From Gekko japonicus (taxonomy: Eukaryota): 64,000 bases of DNA. Shown here one piece after another: positions 22,891 to 34,501 of the stretch (its first letter is position 1; each line of letters opens with the position of its first letter). Position numbers and translations under genes: made by a program. The stretch lies in NCBI RefSeq assembly GCF_001447785.1, contig NW_015165833.1, forward strand, positions 868,608 to 932,607, read 5' to 3'. Under the pieces are notes generated by a model that had not been told where the DNA came from, made no database searches, and saw only the letters and a program-made list of their open reading frames with translations.

Positions 22891-24289
22891 TTATATCCCA
22901 GTCAGAAGGTGGGAGGGGCATTTGCAAAGAAGGGAGCCAAGACGCAAAGACACAGTGCAAAGTGTTTAGAGAAGAATAGGAATGCTTAGGGGTAAGTAAT
23001 GAAAAAAGAAACACCCTAAAAAATAAAAATGACCACCTGAAACTTTCTGGGTTTTCTGTAGAACCCAGAACCTTTCTGCTCCATAAGGCCTTCCCAGATT
23101 GTTCCTATTGTGTTATATTGCTTTTGGTTTCTCTGCCGAGTGGCTGAAATTCTTGATCTTGGGGGGGGGGGGGGGGGGAAGCTCGCCAGTCCTTTACCAA
23201 TGTTTGGAGGGTGAAGGCTACAAAGGGACTGACAGCTGCAGTAATTGCACAGGTGTAACAATTTGTCCAGCATTTAGAACATTTAAAACTTTGAATCGGA
23301 GAGAATACTTGATACATTGGTTTCACTTTGGAAGCAAAACAAGGTAATTCAGAACTCTGTATGGTGCGTGTATGTGTGTGTGTGTAGGGAGGTTGGATGG
23401 AGAGAATTTCAGAGGCATCCCTAGCTCAGATGGGAGCTTCCTTGAACTTGATCAGACCAACCCCGGAGCTATCCTGCACCTTTGGGCCATCCCTGTGCTG
23501 TTCCTGTGGGCTAGCCATGTGATTGCACCATTGCCTACAGCTGTGAATCTGGGTCTTCAGTGTGTTTCTCTGTCAGGAACTGGACAAGAAACAGCTGCCA
23601 CTTAGAGGAGGTAGGTGGGCTGCCTTTCAAAATGAACAAAAGCAGAAACGAAGCTAAAACGATAGCATCAGCTCAGCTCTGAAATCTATGGCTCTCTGTA
23701 GATAGACTGTTTCTTCTTCTCCATGCTATCCAGTTGTAATAAGAATAATAATGGTAACAAGAAGAACAAGTACGCATTGTTCTGTCTCTGCTGCTGAAAA
23801 TCCAGTTGCAAATATTATTGTGTTTATTGATAGGGCTATAATGCGGGAATGGTATTGCCAGACGTCTACATTTCTTGGTGTTTAGAGAGAATCAGCAGTA
23901 ACGTATTGCACGGTATTAGCATAATAATTGGTAAGCATTCACAGATGAATAGTTTACTGACTGATAGATTTTGTACAGGAACTGTGAAGGTTACACGGAA
24001 GGTGAAAACATTTCGTTGTGTCAATGAATATACTTAATTTTTCTGGAAGTGCTATTTAAGTTGCGTTGCATTCTTGCATTAGCATAACAAAGACCTAATG
24101 CATTTGGCAGTGCGCTATTATAGGGACAACAGCCCCATAGTGGCTTCATCAGGTGACCCACAGAGGATTGGGGAGGGGGAGTCTGTGCTTCATTATGAAT
24201 CTCCAGCAGGCAGTCTCTAGAATCTCGGGGCCTCTCGTCAGCACCTGCAGAACATTCAACAGGTGAAGAAAGCCCTTTCAGCAGTGATC

Positions 24290-24484
24290 CTTACTGTGAT
24301 TTATGGTGCCCCGGAAGGGTTTTCAAAGCAAGACAGAAGCAGAGGTTGTTTGCTATTGCCTGCCTCTGCATAGTGACCCTGGACTGCCTTGGTGGTCTCC
24401 CATCCAAGCACTAACCAGGACTGACTGTGCTTAGCTTCCAAGTTCTGATGAGACTGGGCTAGCCTGGCCCAGGTGGGTCAGGGC
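24290..24484 (-). mobile_element. 5S-rRNA-derived SINE
   Basis: Family head and tail motifs. Confidence 0.85.
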
Positions 24485-24771
24485 TTAACACATGTTATTG
24501 GTGTGAAAACAGGGGCATTGCTGCTGAATGGCTTTCTTCACCTGTTGAATGCGGTGCTTCTTTAGCTTGCTGTTCTAGAAAGCTGTCCTGCAAGTATATT
24601 ACCCACATGGTGCAAAAAACGAGGTCAGCAAGTTGCAGAACATGAAATAGGGAGTTGTGTGCTGCATGGCTGCTTAGTGCTTGTGCGTTTTGTTTGAAGA
24701 GGAAAGCCAAGATTCTCAAGATGCTGGACTCTTGCTTTTCTGGAAGCATGGGATGGTCCCTGTTGTGGGAG

Positions 24772-25003
24772 TTTACTTATTTATTTACTTCATTTTTAAT
24801 CTCACATTTCTCCCCAGTGGGGATCCAAAGTGATCTGCTACTCTCTTCCATTTTATCCTTGTAACAACTTTGCGAGGTAGGTTAGGCTGAGATTGTGTGA
24901 CTGGCCTGAGGTTGCCCAGCAAGCTTCCAGGGCACAAGTGGGGATTCAAACCTGGCTCTCCCAGATCCTAGTCCAACACTCTAACCTCTTCATCATGTTG
25001 GCC
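24772..25003 (-). mobile_element. Squam3/MIR-type SINE
   Basis: Minus-strand B box ggtttgaatccc, CORE region, (TAAA)n tail. Confidence 0.8.
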
Positions 25004-25075
25004 TAGCAACTGAAAGGTGTTTCCTTCTCTTCTAGCCAAGCCTCTTGCAATGAAGCAATCTGCTGCTGAGGGCTA

Positions 25076-25245
25076 GGAGGGAAGGGTTGTGGCTCAGTGG
25101 TAGAGCATCTGCAGAAGGTCCCAGGTTCAGTCCCTGGCATCGGCAGTAAAAAAGGATTGGACTGTAGATGATGTGAAAGACTTCTGCCTGAGACCCAGGA
25201 GAGCCTCTGCCAGTCTGAGTAGACAATACTGACCTTGATGGACCA
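25076..25245 (+). mobile_element. tRNA-derived SINE (Squam2-like)
   Basis: gtggctcagtggtagagcatctgcagaaggtcccaggttcagtccctggcatc. Confidence 0.85.
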
Positions 25246-25249
25246 GCAA

Positions 25250-25700
25250 ACCATCAAAGCCTTAAACGGTCTGGGACCAATGTGTCTGAGGGACCACCTC
25301 TCCTAGTATGCCACCCAAAGGGTGCTTTCCTCAGCTGATAACAGCTTGCTGGTGATCCCTGGCCCAAAGGCCATCTGGCTATCTACAACCAGGGCCTGGG
25401 CCTTTTCGGTCCTGGCCCCAATCTGGTGGATCACACTGCCCAATGAGATCCGGGCCCTGCGAGACTTGAAACAATTTCGCAGGGCCTGCAAGATGGAGCT
25501 GTTCCACCTTGGACCATCTCCTGAACTGCCCTTTCCTGTGCCATCTAGTGAGGAATGATGATGGTTGTGAGACTGTTGGGATTGTTGATTTTAACTTAAG
25601 TCTTAGTTAATGATGATGTTGATTTTTAAATGTTGTGACCTGCCCTGAACCCTACAGTGTAGGAAAGAGCAGGCTGTAAGTCTAATTTATAAATTAAATA
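25250..25700 (+). mobile_element. L2 LINE 3' fragment
   Basis: LLVIPGPKAIWLSTTRAWAFSVLAPIWWITLPNEIRALRDLKQFRRACKMELFH; L2-like tail. Confidence 0.85.
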
Positions 25701-26899
25701 TATAATAGATAAACAGACTGATTCAGTGTAAGACAGCTTCATGTGTTCATGTGTGTGTTCAGGTTGCATATGCGGTGGAAAGAAGCTGTCTTGCTGGCCT
25801 CTGTTGTCAGTGGGATGAGCTGGGTGACCCTTGGGTGGATGGAGGGGCACAGAGCCATGCACATGTGAGAGGCACCTCATGGTTTGCATGGGTTAAAAAG
25901 AGGGTTCCTTGTGGCTGGGCTACAGACCAAACTGTTGCCGAGAAAGTCAAAGGGCATCTCTGGTTTGCTGTTCTCTAAACTGCTGAGAACCCCTTCCATC
26001 TGCACTCAGCCAAGCTTTCAAGCCCTGGAGTGATACTGTTTGTGTGCATATTTATATTTACTCCATAAATAGCTCCACATCAGAATTCCGGACATGTGGG
26101 GTTATCTATGCCAGAGATGGAAGAAGAAGAGAAAATCTATTTAACTCAGGAGACATTAGAGCTGATGTCACAGCAAAAACAAATTGCATGTGATGCCTGG
26201 AATAACACCCCTTGTTAGGTTTCCTGCTAAATATGGCGTGATCTTCCCATTTTCAAGATGTTCAGGAATTAGCACTCAAAAAATTAGAGGGGGCAGGAGA
26301 TAGCAGAAGAGCAGAATTGGTTGTGTGCATAGAAGCTGCCTGTCCTGGCCCAGCTTGAGGGGTCCGATCCACCACTAGGCTCCAACAATGCAAAAGGCAC
26401 TCAGTTAGACAAGGTCTGCACATGTAAATTTCCCTGTGATCGGATGGGTCGGTTACATATTCCAGTACATTTTTGTGGCAGTGCTTAAAGAGTAGGAAGA
26501 GAATGGAGTGTGCACATGACTAGAAATAGCAGTGTATGCTTTTGTTACTAGATTGGCTCAGTGTCTGTGATGATGGCAGGTGCTTTGGTTGAGGGGGTTG
26601 CTTGTGTGATGAAAGGGCTGCTGGGAAATGATGACTCAGAGAGATGGCTCCTCTGTTACCGACTGGCAAAGACACTGTTTTCAATGGAAATATTTCTCTT
26701 TAAATTTTTATTAGTTTCAAACTCTTACAAGTTATTTACAAGTTGTCTACAACAAAAAGTAAATTTGACATTCTTTGATAGTAGTCTTCCACAAATTGAC
26801 AATCCTATTCTGCTTCTACTTCATTGATAAATTATAATCGTTAATTAATCCAGTAGAATTGGCGCGCCTAGGTTAATATTTCTGCCTCTCAAAATTGCT

Positions 26900-27966
26900 T
26901 ATTTATTTATTTATTTCATTTATACCCCGCCCTCCCCGCACGCGGGCTCAGGGCGGCTTACATAGGCACAACAGTGCAATAAAATACAACATGATTAAAA
27001 CAATTTAGGCACCCAAAGTGCGATAAAATTACACAATTAACCACTTAAAACACAATTCAATCTTACAGGATGCATCGGTAATTAAAATACTCACTCATTA
27101 TTATATATTTCTGTGAGGTCAGAAGAAAGGGGGGGGGCATGCCATGGGCCAAGATGTTCTGGATGGCTAATCAGCCCACCCCGACGGCACTGCTCTGCAG
27201 TACACGATGGTGGTAATAGTGGCGGCGGCAGCTCCTACTCAAAAGCCTGGCGGAAGAGCTCCATCTTTTAGGCCCTGCGGAACTGTAAAAGGTCCTGCAG
27301 GGCCCTGATCTCCTCCGGGAGCTCATTCCACGAGGTAGGAGCCGCCGCCGAAAAGGACCTGGCCCTTGTGGCAGTAAGCCTGGCCTCTTTAGGTCCCGGG
27401 GTCACTAGGTGGTGTTGTGACCCCGACCGAAGTGCTCTTTGGGGCCTGTATGGGGAAAGGCGGTCCCTCAGGTATGCCGGACCCTGGCCATGTAGGGCTT
27501 TAAAGGTAAGCACCAGCACTTTGAAGCGAATCCGGAACACTATAGGCAGCCAGTGCAGTGCTTTCAGTACTGGCTGGATGTGATCCCATTTCGGGACCCC
27601 CATTACCAGCCTGGCCGCCGTATTCTGCACCAGCTGCAGCTTCCGAATTTGCGACAGAGGCAGCCCCATGTAGAGAGCGTTACAGTAGTCTAGCCTCGAG
27701 GTGACCGTCGCATGGATCACTGTGGCCAGATCGTCGCGGCTAAGGAAGGGGACCAACTGCCACACCAGCCGTAGATGATAGAAGGTTGCTTTGGCAGTGG
27801 CCGCCACCTGGGCCTCCATCATTAAGTTGGGTTCCAGGAGCACTCCCAAACTCCTAACCTCCGAAGCTGGCACCAAAGGCGCCCCATCGAAAGCCAGGAG
27901 TGGGAGCCCCAATCCCATGCCACCCAGGCACAGGACCTCTGTCTTCCCTGGGTTCAGCTCCAGTAC
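26900..27966 (-). mobile_element. L2 LINE 3' fragment (young)
   Basis: Uninterrupted 216-aa ORF 27268-27918 (SRLDYCNALY..LQLVQNTAARL..LHWLP); (TAAA)n tail; TSD aattgct. Confidence 0.95.
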
Positions 27967-29122
27967 AATTGCTCTTGTAAACTCTATCTCCCATAATTTC
28001 CCTTTAAATCTCCTTATTTTATAACCATGTGTTCTATATATATTTCATTTTTAAATCATTATAATAAGATGGGTTACAATAAAGTTAAAAAAAAGTAAGG
28101 TACAAACTGAAAATATATTTCTCCATTTCTTAGCTTTGCTCTCTTAGATCTTTACTACATTCTGTTCTTCCTCTTCAAACTGGAGCTCTTCTAATTGGCG
28201 TTTCCTCACCCGGGACTCCGGCGCAATTCCGGAGAAGACTCTTGCTGGAGTCTTGTCCATTGGGGATGTGTGTGTGGGGATGTTCCAATAGCCCTAACTG
28301 CGTGCTCCCCTACACTTCATGTTCCAGGCTGCTTTGCTTAGGGGGAAATATATAATGCAAAAAGGAAAAAGAGAGAAGGAAAGAGAGAAGAGAAAAACAA
28401 AAAAATAACTCTATATCTGCAATCTCCTCTGTTGTAGGTCTTTACAGTCTTCTGGTGCGTTCATCTTCTTTTGCTTGTCAGTTCTTGGACTCCTAGCCTG
28501 AGTCCAATTCCAACGCCTTCAGAAGCTCTTCGTTGGATATTGAGTCATAAGCTGTGAGTGTTTTTCCTTGGTACGTGACCGATATATGTCCAAGCGGAAG
28601 CCAACGATACCTGAAGTTCTTCTCTGCAAGCTTTTGTGCACTTGGGCACATATTTTTCCTAGCATTTAAAATTTCAAATGGTATATCTGGATATAGCTGA
28701 ACCAAAGTGTCCTCAAGCTTTAGACCTCTGTTCTTCCTAGCAATTTCCAAGAGGTTCCTCTTAGTATTTGTGTCTTTAAGATCTGCTACTTCGGGGAGGG
28801 TTTACACGGAAAGCATTGTTTACCATTGGCCCCAGAAGCTGTATAATTCCTTCTAACCACTGGTTTAAAGCAACAGTAAGGTCCTTATTTAATTCAGAGT
28901 TAAAAGAAATTTCATGGAATTTCACTTTAGTTTCCCGTGATTTAGTTTCTAACAGCATTAGCTTGCTTTTCGCCCATCTTTCAAAAGTTTTTAATTCAGC
29001 TATTTCTTTAGAGTTCTTTTGCTGTCGCCGCCTTCTCCTGAGTTTCCTGCAGCTTTTTGTTGACTTCATTCAGCTTATTCATAATAGGAGTCATGCTGTT
29101 TCTTATCTCCTCTTTTAAGTCT

Positions 29123-30725
29123 TATTTATTTATTTATTAATTATTCAATTTATATCCCACCCTCCCCTAAGGCTCAGGGTGGCTAACAAATGAGGCAAAA
29201 CCCATAATTAAAACAATTAAAACAAGATAAAAACATAACAATAGTACAACAACGTGCTGGTGCTCTGATGTTCCCAGTTCCAAGATGGGTTCTGGTAGGG
29301 TGGATCCGGACCAACGACATAAGTTCCAAAGCGACAGATAGCCAGTCTTCTTCCCAGGGCCTGATTGCACCCTGATGGTATCTCTGCCAGTTTTCGGCGA
29401 CGGTGCATTGATGGAACAGTATCGGCGGCGGCTCCTACTTGAAAGCCTGGCGGAAGAGCTCCGTCTTGCAGGCCCTGCGGAACTGCGCAAGATCCTGCAG
29501 GGCCCGGATCTCATCCGGGAGCTCATTTTATCAGGTAGGAGCCACCACCGAAAAGGCTCTGGCCCTAGTCTTGGCGAATTTGACCTCCCTGAGGCCTGGG
29601 GTAGTCAAAGGATGTTGCCCCCCCCCCGACCGTAGTGCCCTTGGGGGAAGGCAGTCCCTTAGGTATGCCGGACCCTGACCATAAAGGGCTTTAAAGGTAA
29701 GAACCAGCACTTTGAAGCGGATCTGATACGCTATTGGCAGCCAGTGCAGCGCCTTCAGCACAGGCCGGATGTGGTCCCGCCTAGGGAGACCCATCAACAG
29801 CCTGGCTGCTGCATTCTGCACTAGCTGCAGCTTCCGGATTTGCGACAAAGGCAGCCCTAAGTAGAGAGCGTTAGAGTAGTCCAGCCTCCAGATGACCGTC
29901 ACATGGATCACTGTAGCCAGGTCATCACGCTCAAGGAAGGGAACCAACTGCTGTGCCAGTCGAAGATGATAAAAGGCCGACTTGGCAGTGGCCTTGCAAT
30001 GCCCGTTGGAGGTCATCTGGGTCGGAGTTTGACCGGCCGCCCAGCATCAGATAGAGCTGATCTGGGCAATCTGGGCAAGGGGACACATGTAGATGTTAAA
30101 CAACACTGGGGACAGCACTGCCCCCTGAGGCACCCCACAATCAAAAGGGTGCCTCCGGGACTGCTGCTCCCCTATCACCACCCTTTGTCCCCGACCTTGG
30201 AGAAAAGAGGCAAACCATTGGAGGGCCAGTCCCTGAATCTCCGCGTCAGCGAGGCGGTGGGCCAGCAACTGGTGATCGACCGTATCAAATGTGGCCGACA
30301 GATCGAGCAACAACGGTGCTGCCACACCACCTCGATCCAGATGCCTTCGGAGGTCATCAGTCAGGGCGACCAATGCCGTCTCCGTCCCATGACCCGGGTG
30401 AAAGCCAGACTGGAAGGGGTCTAAGACTGAAGCATCCTCCAGAAAACTCTGTAGCTGTATTGCCACTGCCCTCTCGATATGTTTGCCCAAATAGGGCAAA
30501 TTGGACGCTGGCCGATAGTTTGCCAATTCGGTCGGGTCCAGGGATGGTTTTTGCAAGAGAGGGTGGACCATCGCTTCCTTGAATGCCCCAAGGAACAGCC
30601 CCTCCAAGAGGGACTTGTTGATAATCTCCAATCTCCCGTAGGGCACCTCAAAACCCCTCGTGGGCCACCTTAATGAGCCAGGGGGGGCATGGATCAAGGC
30701 TGCACATGGTTGGACACACAGAGAG
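29123..30725 (-). mobile_element. L2 LINE 3' fragment with RT domain and internal deletions
   Basis: NYRPASNLPYLGK, FQSGFHPGHGTETAL, LLDLSATFDTVDH, GVPQGAVLSPVLFNIYM; TSD ttttaagtct (29113-29122 and 30726-30735). Confidence 0.95.
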
Positions 30726-31113
30726 TTTTAAGTCTGTCAACATCTCCTGTAAATGTTGTTTGGTTAAAGAGTCCTCTCTCTTCCTTTTACTTGCCTGAGC
30801 TTCTACTTCCTCCCTTTCCAATGGGGGGGGAGTCCTCTTCTGAAGAGTTTTGGTTTTCTTGCGCTGCTCTAGGCATCGTTTTGGAGAGATTCTTGCCACC
30901 TTTTGCTCCCCTGTTCCTCCCCATTGTTTTGGTAAAGCTGTGTTATTTAAATTGCAGCCCGTGTTTTTTTTATTTTAATTCTTTTGTAGGAGCCTGATGC
31001 GGAGGCTGAGCTGGGTGTGACTGCATGGCTCTGCTGTTGCTCCGCCCCCCCCAAGTCTTTCATGTCTTGCAGATGGACTGGCAGCTCTTAAGAAACAAAA
31101 CGAAACCCAAGGT

Positions 31114-31330
31114 GGGGAGGGGTTGCGGCTCAGTGGCAGAGCCCTAGCTTGGCAGGTAGAATGTCCCAGGCTCAATCCCTCTCTGGCATCTCCAGTTGGA
31201 AGGATTAGGTAGCAGGTGATGGGAAAAATGTGTGCCTGAGATTCCGGAAAGCCACTGCCAGTCTGAGTAGACAATATTGACTTGGTGGACCAAGGGTCTG
31301 ATTCCTTATAAGGCAGCTGTATGTGTTCAT
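31114..31330 (+). mobile_element. tRNA-derived SINE (Squam2-like)
   Basis: ggggaggggttgcggctcagtggcagagc...tail tatgtgttcatgt. Confidence 0.88.
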
Positions 31331-31500
31331 GTCCCATGTTTTCTCCCGTCATGGTGAGCTGTCCCCAGGAATAAAGATATGGTGCAAAACATGCCCTCTG
31401 AATCAGCTGTAGGGTGTAAGCCTGAAATGGCTGTCCTTGAAGTGAGCCCATTGACTCCAATGGGCCTGACCTAGAATGTGGTCTGAACACTGTTCCCGGT

Positions 31501-31715
31501 GGGTAGCTGTGTTGGAGTGCAGAAGAAGAGCAAGATCTGAGTCCAGTAGCACCTTAAAGACCACCAAGATTACTGGAGTATAAGCTCTTGAGAGTCAGAG
31601 CGCCCTTCGTCAGATCTTTGACTCTCAAAAACAGATACCCTGAAAACCTGGTTTGTCTTTAAGTTGTTACTGGACTCAGATCTTGCTGGTCGTGTACATT
31701 GCCGCTTCTGTGAAG
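31501..31715. mobile_element. Penelope-like fold-back remnant
   Basis: Arms agcaagatctgagtccagtagcacc / gttactggactcagatcttgct; minus-strand ctgacgaaggg core. Confidence 0.75.
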
Positions 31716-32011
31716 TTGGGGTGGACTGAGTGTGTTTTGGCACTTGCTGACCCTGCTCTTGCTCCCATATCCAAGAGGTGGTTGCTTTGAGCAGAAGCTA
31801 CCTGGGGGGGGCAATATGTCCCCCAAACAGCTGTGTCTGTTCTGGCAAACTGGCTGCTCAAGAGACACAATCTCAGAGCTTTGTGCTTCCATAATAATCT
31901 GAACAAAGATGGCAATTCATTCCAATTCACAGAAGCGAGAGGAAGATGTTTCACTTTGCTTCCTGGGACATTCTTCTTCCTTATAAATCCAAATTTGCTG
32001 TATCTTGTACC

Positions 32012-32403
32012 TGGGGTTGCCATTCCCCCAGTTGGGGTAGGTTCCCCCCGATTTCAGGGGCTCCAATCCACTGCTGGCCAGCTGGTTTGGGGGAAGCCCC
32101 ACCCCCAAACAGCTCCCACCCACATTGGCATTACTAGTGTAATGATGTCACCCAGTAGTGATCTCATTGCGTTGCTGATGTCAGGGGGTGACACTCTAGT
32201 TTTTGGGCAACCTCTGTGGTTTTGAGAACAAAATCCATAGAATTTTGCCCAGAAACTAGAGTGTCACCCCTGATGTCAGCAACATGATGACGTCACTACC
32301 AGGTGACATCATCACACCATGCACACTTTACACACGTGGCAGAAGATCCCATCAAGGACCCAGGAACCCCCTGCTGAATCGGAGGTTGGACCTGGCAACC
32401 CTA
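32012..32403. mobile_element. hAT Blackjack-like MITE with internal hairpin
   Basis: TIR tggggttgcca/tggcaacccta; perfect TSD cttgtacc. Confidence 0.9.
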
Positions 32404-33368
32404 CTTGTACCGCTGTTGAAAAGATGGCAATATTAACACTCTGTAAATTTCACTCCTGTTTCAAGCAAGAAAGGAAACCCTAAATAAAGAGCCAGAGTGC
32501 TGCTTTGGAAATTCCCTCCCTCCAGATTTCACCCTGGATTGTGTCCAAGTTGCTTAGTTATGGTACTGGAGTGACACAGCTGGCTCCGGTGGCTGAAGGA
32601 AGAAAGGTCATTCCAGGAGCTGGACTTTCCTGGGTGGTCTAGAGCCCAGGTCCAAGGGTGTGGAGCCAGAGCACAAGAGCTGGAGCCTTGCAAACTGTGG
32701 TTGATCCAGCCGGATTTCACTCCCAGCTCAAGGCTTAGGTAGACCAAGAGGGACAGCCCCCCCCCCCCCCCCGCTCTGAAGGCAGCCCCTGCACTCATCC
32801 TGCCAGGGCTTCCTTGGGGCCCAAATCCTGCTAAGGATTAAGTCCGCTGGAGCAATGCTCTGTTTGCAGGTGAGTTATGTATGTGGATGATTCGCTTGCT
32901 GCCTGAAGTACCTTTGGCAGAGGAGTTAGTTAATGCAACGCAATGGAGTTGAATTTCAGGTCTTTTTGCCTCAAGTGAAGTTTGTTACAGCACTGAAGGA
33001 CGTCTGTTTGTTAATTCCACTTGAACGGGGTCCCTTGGCTAATATCTGTTAAGCACTTTATCTAAATGGAAGGCTGATGCAATTGTGTGCAGCATTCAGT
33101 AAAAAAGGGGGGAAATGCTTGAAAATTGTATCCTTGGCACAAACAACGCTTTCTGTTTTCATGTGCTTTGAGGTAATTTCTTCTTAGGGTTTGCAGAGAC
33201 ATAAGTCACTTACAGTTAAAGTGACTCTTGGTTTTGGTTTCACTTTACTGCAAGAGACTTGTACAGCTATGCCTTTTGAATTAGTGCTGAAAAAGTGTAA
33301 CTCTGCTTCAGAGTCACTGTTAGAGTGGCCTTCTGTTGTGCTAGGATGCAGTAACTAACTTTCTAAAG

Positions 33369-34501
33369 CAGGCGTGTAGCTACAGTGGGGCCTCCTGCTC
33401 CCCCGACTTATTATGAAGGCCCCCGACCTCTGGACCCCTTCCCCACTGTCGCGAGCAGAGGACCAGCTGGCAAGCTCACAGGCTGACCGCGATGCCGACC
33501 GCATCTTCACTGCTACAGCGGGTGCTCGGCTAGCTGTTGCTCCCTTGCTGGGCACTGTCCAGTGTTCCCTCTAACCTGAGTTAGTGAGAGCCAGCTCACA
33601 GTTTTTTAGCCTCCGGCTCACACATTTTTGTCTTGGCTCAGGAAGGATGGCTCTGCAGCAAACTAATTGATGCAGTCGCCCAGTCACTCGCTCACAGTTT
33701 TAATGCCAGTAGCTCACAAGGTAGAATTTTTGCTCACAAGACTCCCCAGCTTAGAGGGTGCATTGGCACCGTCTGCTTGCTCAGGCACTGGCAGAAGATT
33801 TTCAGAGGGCAAGGTGGTGGTGGCGGCCAAGGAGGAGGAGGTGGCCTGGCAGCCCTGCACCTGCGGCATGCCAGGGAGGGGAGGGGCAGGCGGGTGCCAC
33901 AGACAGGGAAGACGCCTTGGCTGGCTGGCAGCTCTCTGAGTGAGTGAGCACCCCGGTGCGCTCCTCCACTGTATGAGGACCCCAGAGGTTTGCAGGGCAA
34001 GAGGTGTTCCAAGGCCATCGGCCTTGACCTGTCTCTGCGTCGCACGACCTGGGCCTTCCTCGCTGGTCTCTCGCCCAAGGACTAACCCTCCTACCTGCAC
34101 ATCAACCCTTGCCCTGAAGGCATCCTGACCTCCTCCCTGGCCGCAGCCCTGGTGTTTTCCCTATATGGGGATGAGGGGAAAGGTGCCGAGGGAGCCTCTT
34201 GGGCAGACAGCCAGCCACACTTCTCCTGAGTGCATTGGCACTCCTTGGCAATGGGCACTATCCGGCCCAGATGGAAGAACTTCCTGAAGTCCCCTCAATG
34301 GGCAGGATCCAGGCGGAGAGTGTTGGGCTGATGGGGCCCCGATGGGGAAGGCGAAGGGCACTCACCTCCCAAGAAGGAATGGGCCAGCAGCTCGGCCCTG
34401 AAGGCTGTCTTGGGGTTGCTGCTGCCACCGGTCTAATTAAGTTGTGCCCCCTAAGAAAATTAAGTGCCCCTTGGGGGAAAAAAATCCTGGTTACGGGCCT
34501 G
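33369..34501. mobile_element. Non-autonomous hAT element with GC-rich interior
   Basis: Perfect TSD ttctaaag (33361-33368 and 34502-34509); imperfect TIR caggcgtgtagc/gttacgggcctg. Confidence 0.85.
33560..33765. mobile_element. hAT MITE (CAGTGTTCCCTCTAA family), nested
   Basis: Same family as 20191-20396; TSD gcactgtc/gcaccgtc. Confidence 0.9.

Larger units (their letters stand above)
26690..31052 (-). mobile_element. L1-clade element with ORF1 only (HAL1-like), split into three pieces by two L2 insertions
   Basis: Pieces 30726-31052 (5' UTR, ORF1 start ~30924), 27967-29122 (ORF1 coiled coil/RRM/CTD: LLETKSRETKVKFHEI, VQLYPDIPFEILNARK...FRYRW) and 26690-26899 (AATAAA plus A-rich end); pieces joined via TSDs. 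Confidence 0.7.

Noticed and set aside
21377-23014. Domesticated integrase or chromodomain gene
   Set aside because: Reading frame is broken into five ORFs and still attached to the PPT and LTR
30975-31490. 171-aa ORF
   Set aside because: Antisense read-through of a tRNA SINE into the L1 5' UTR
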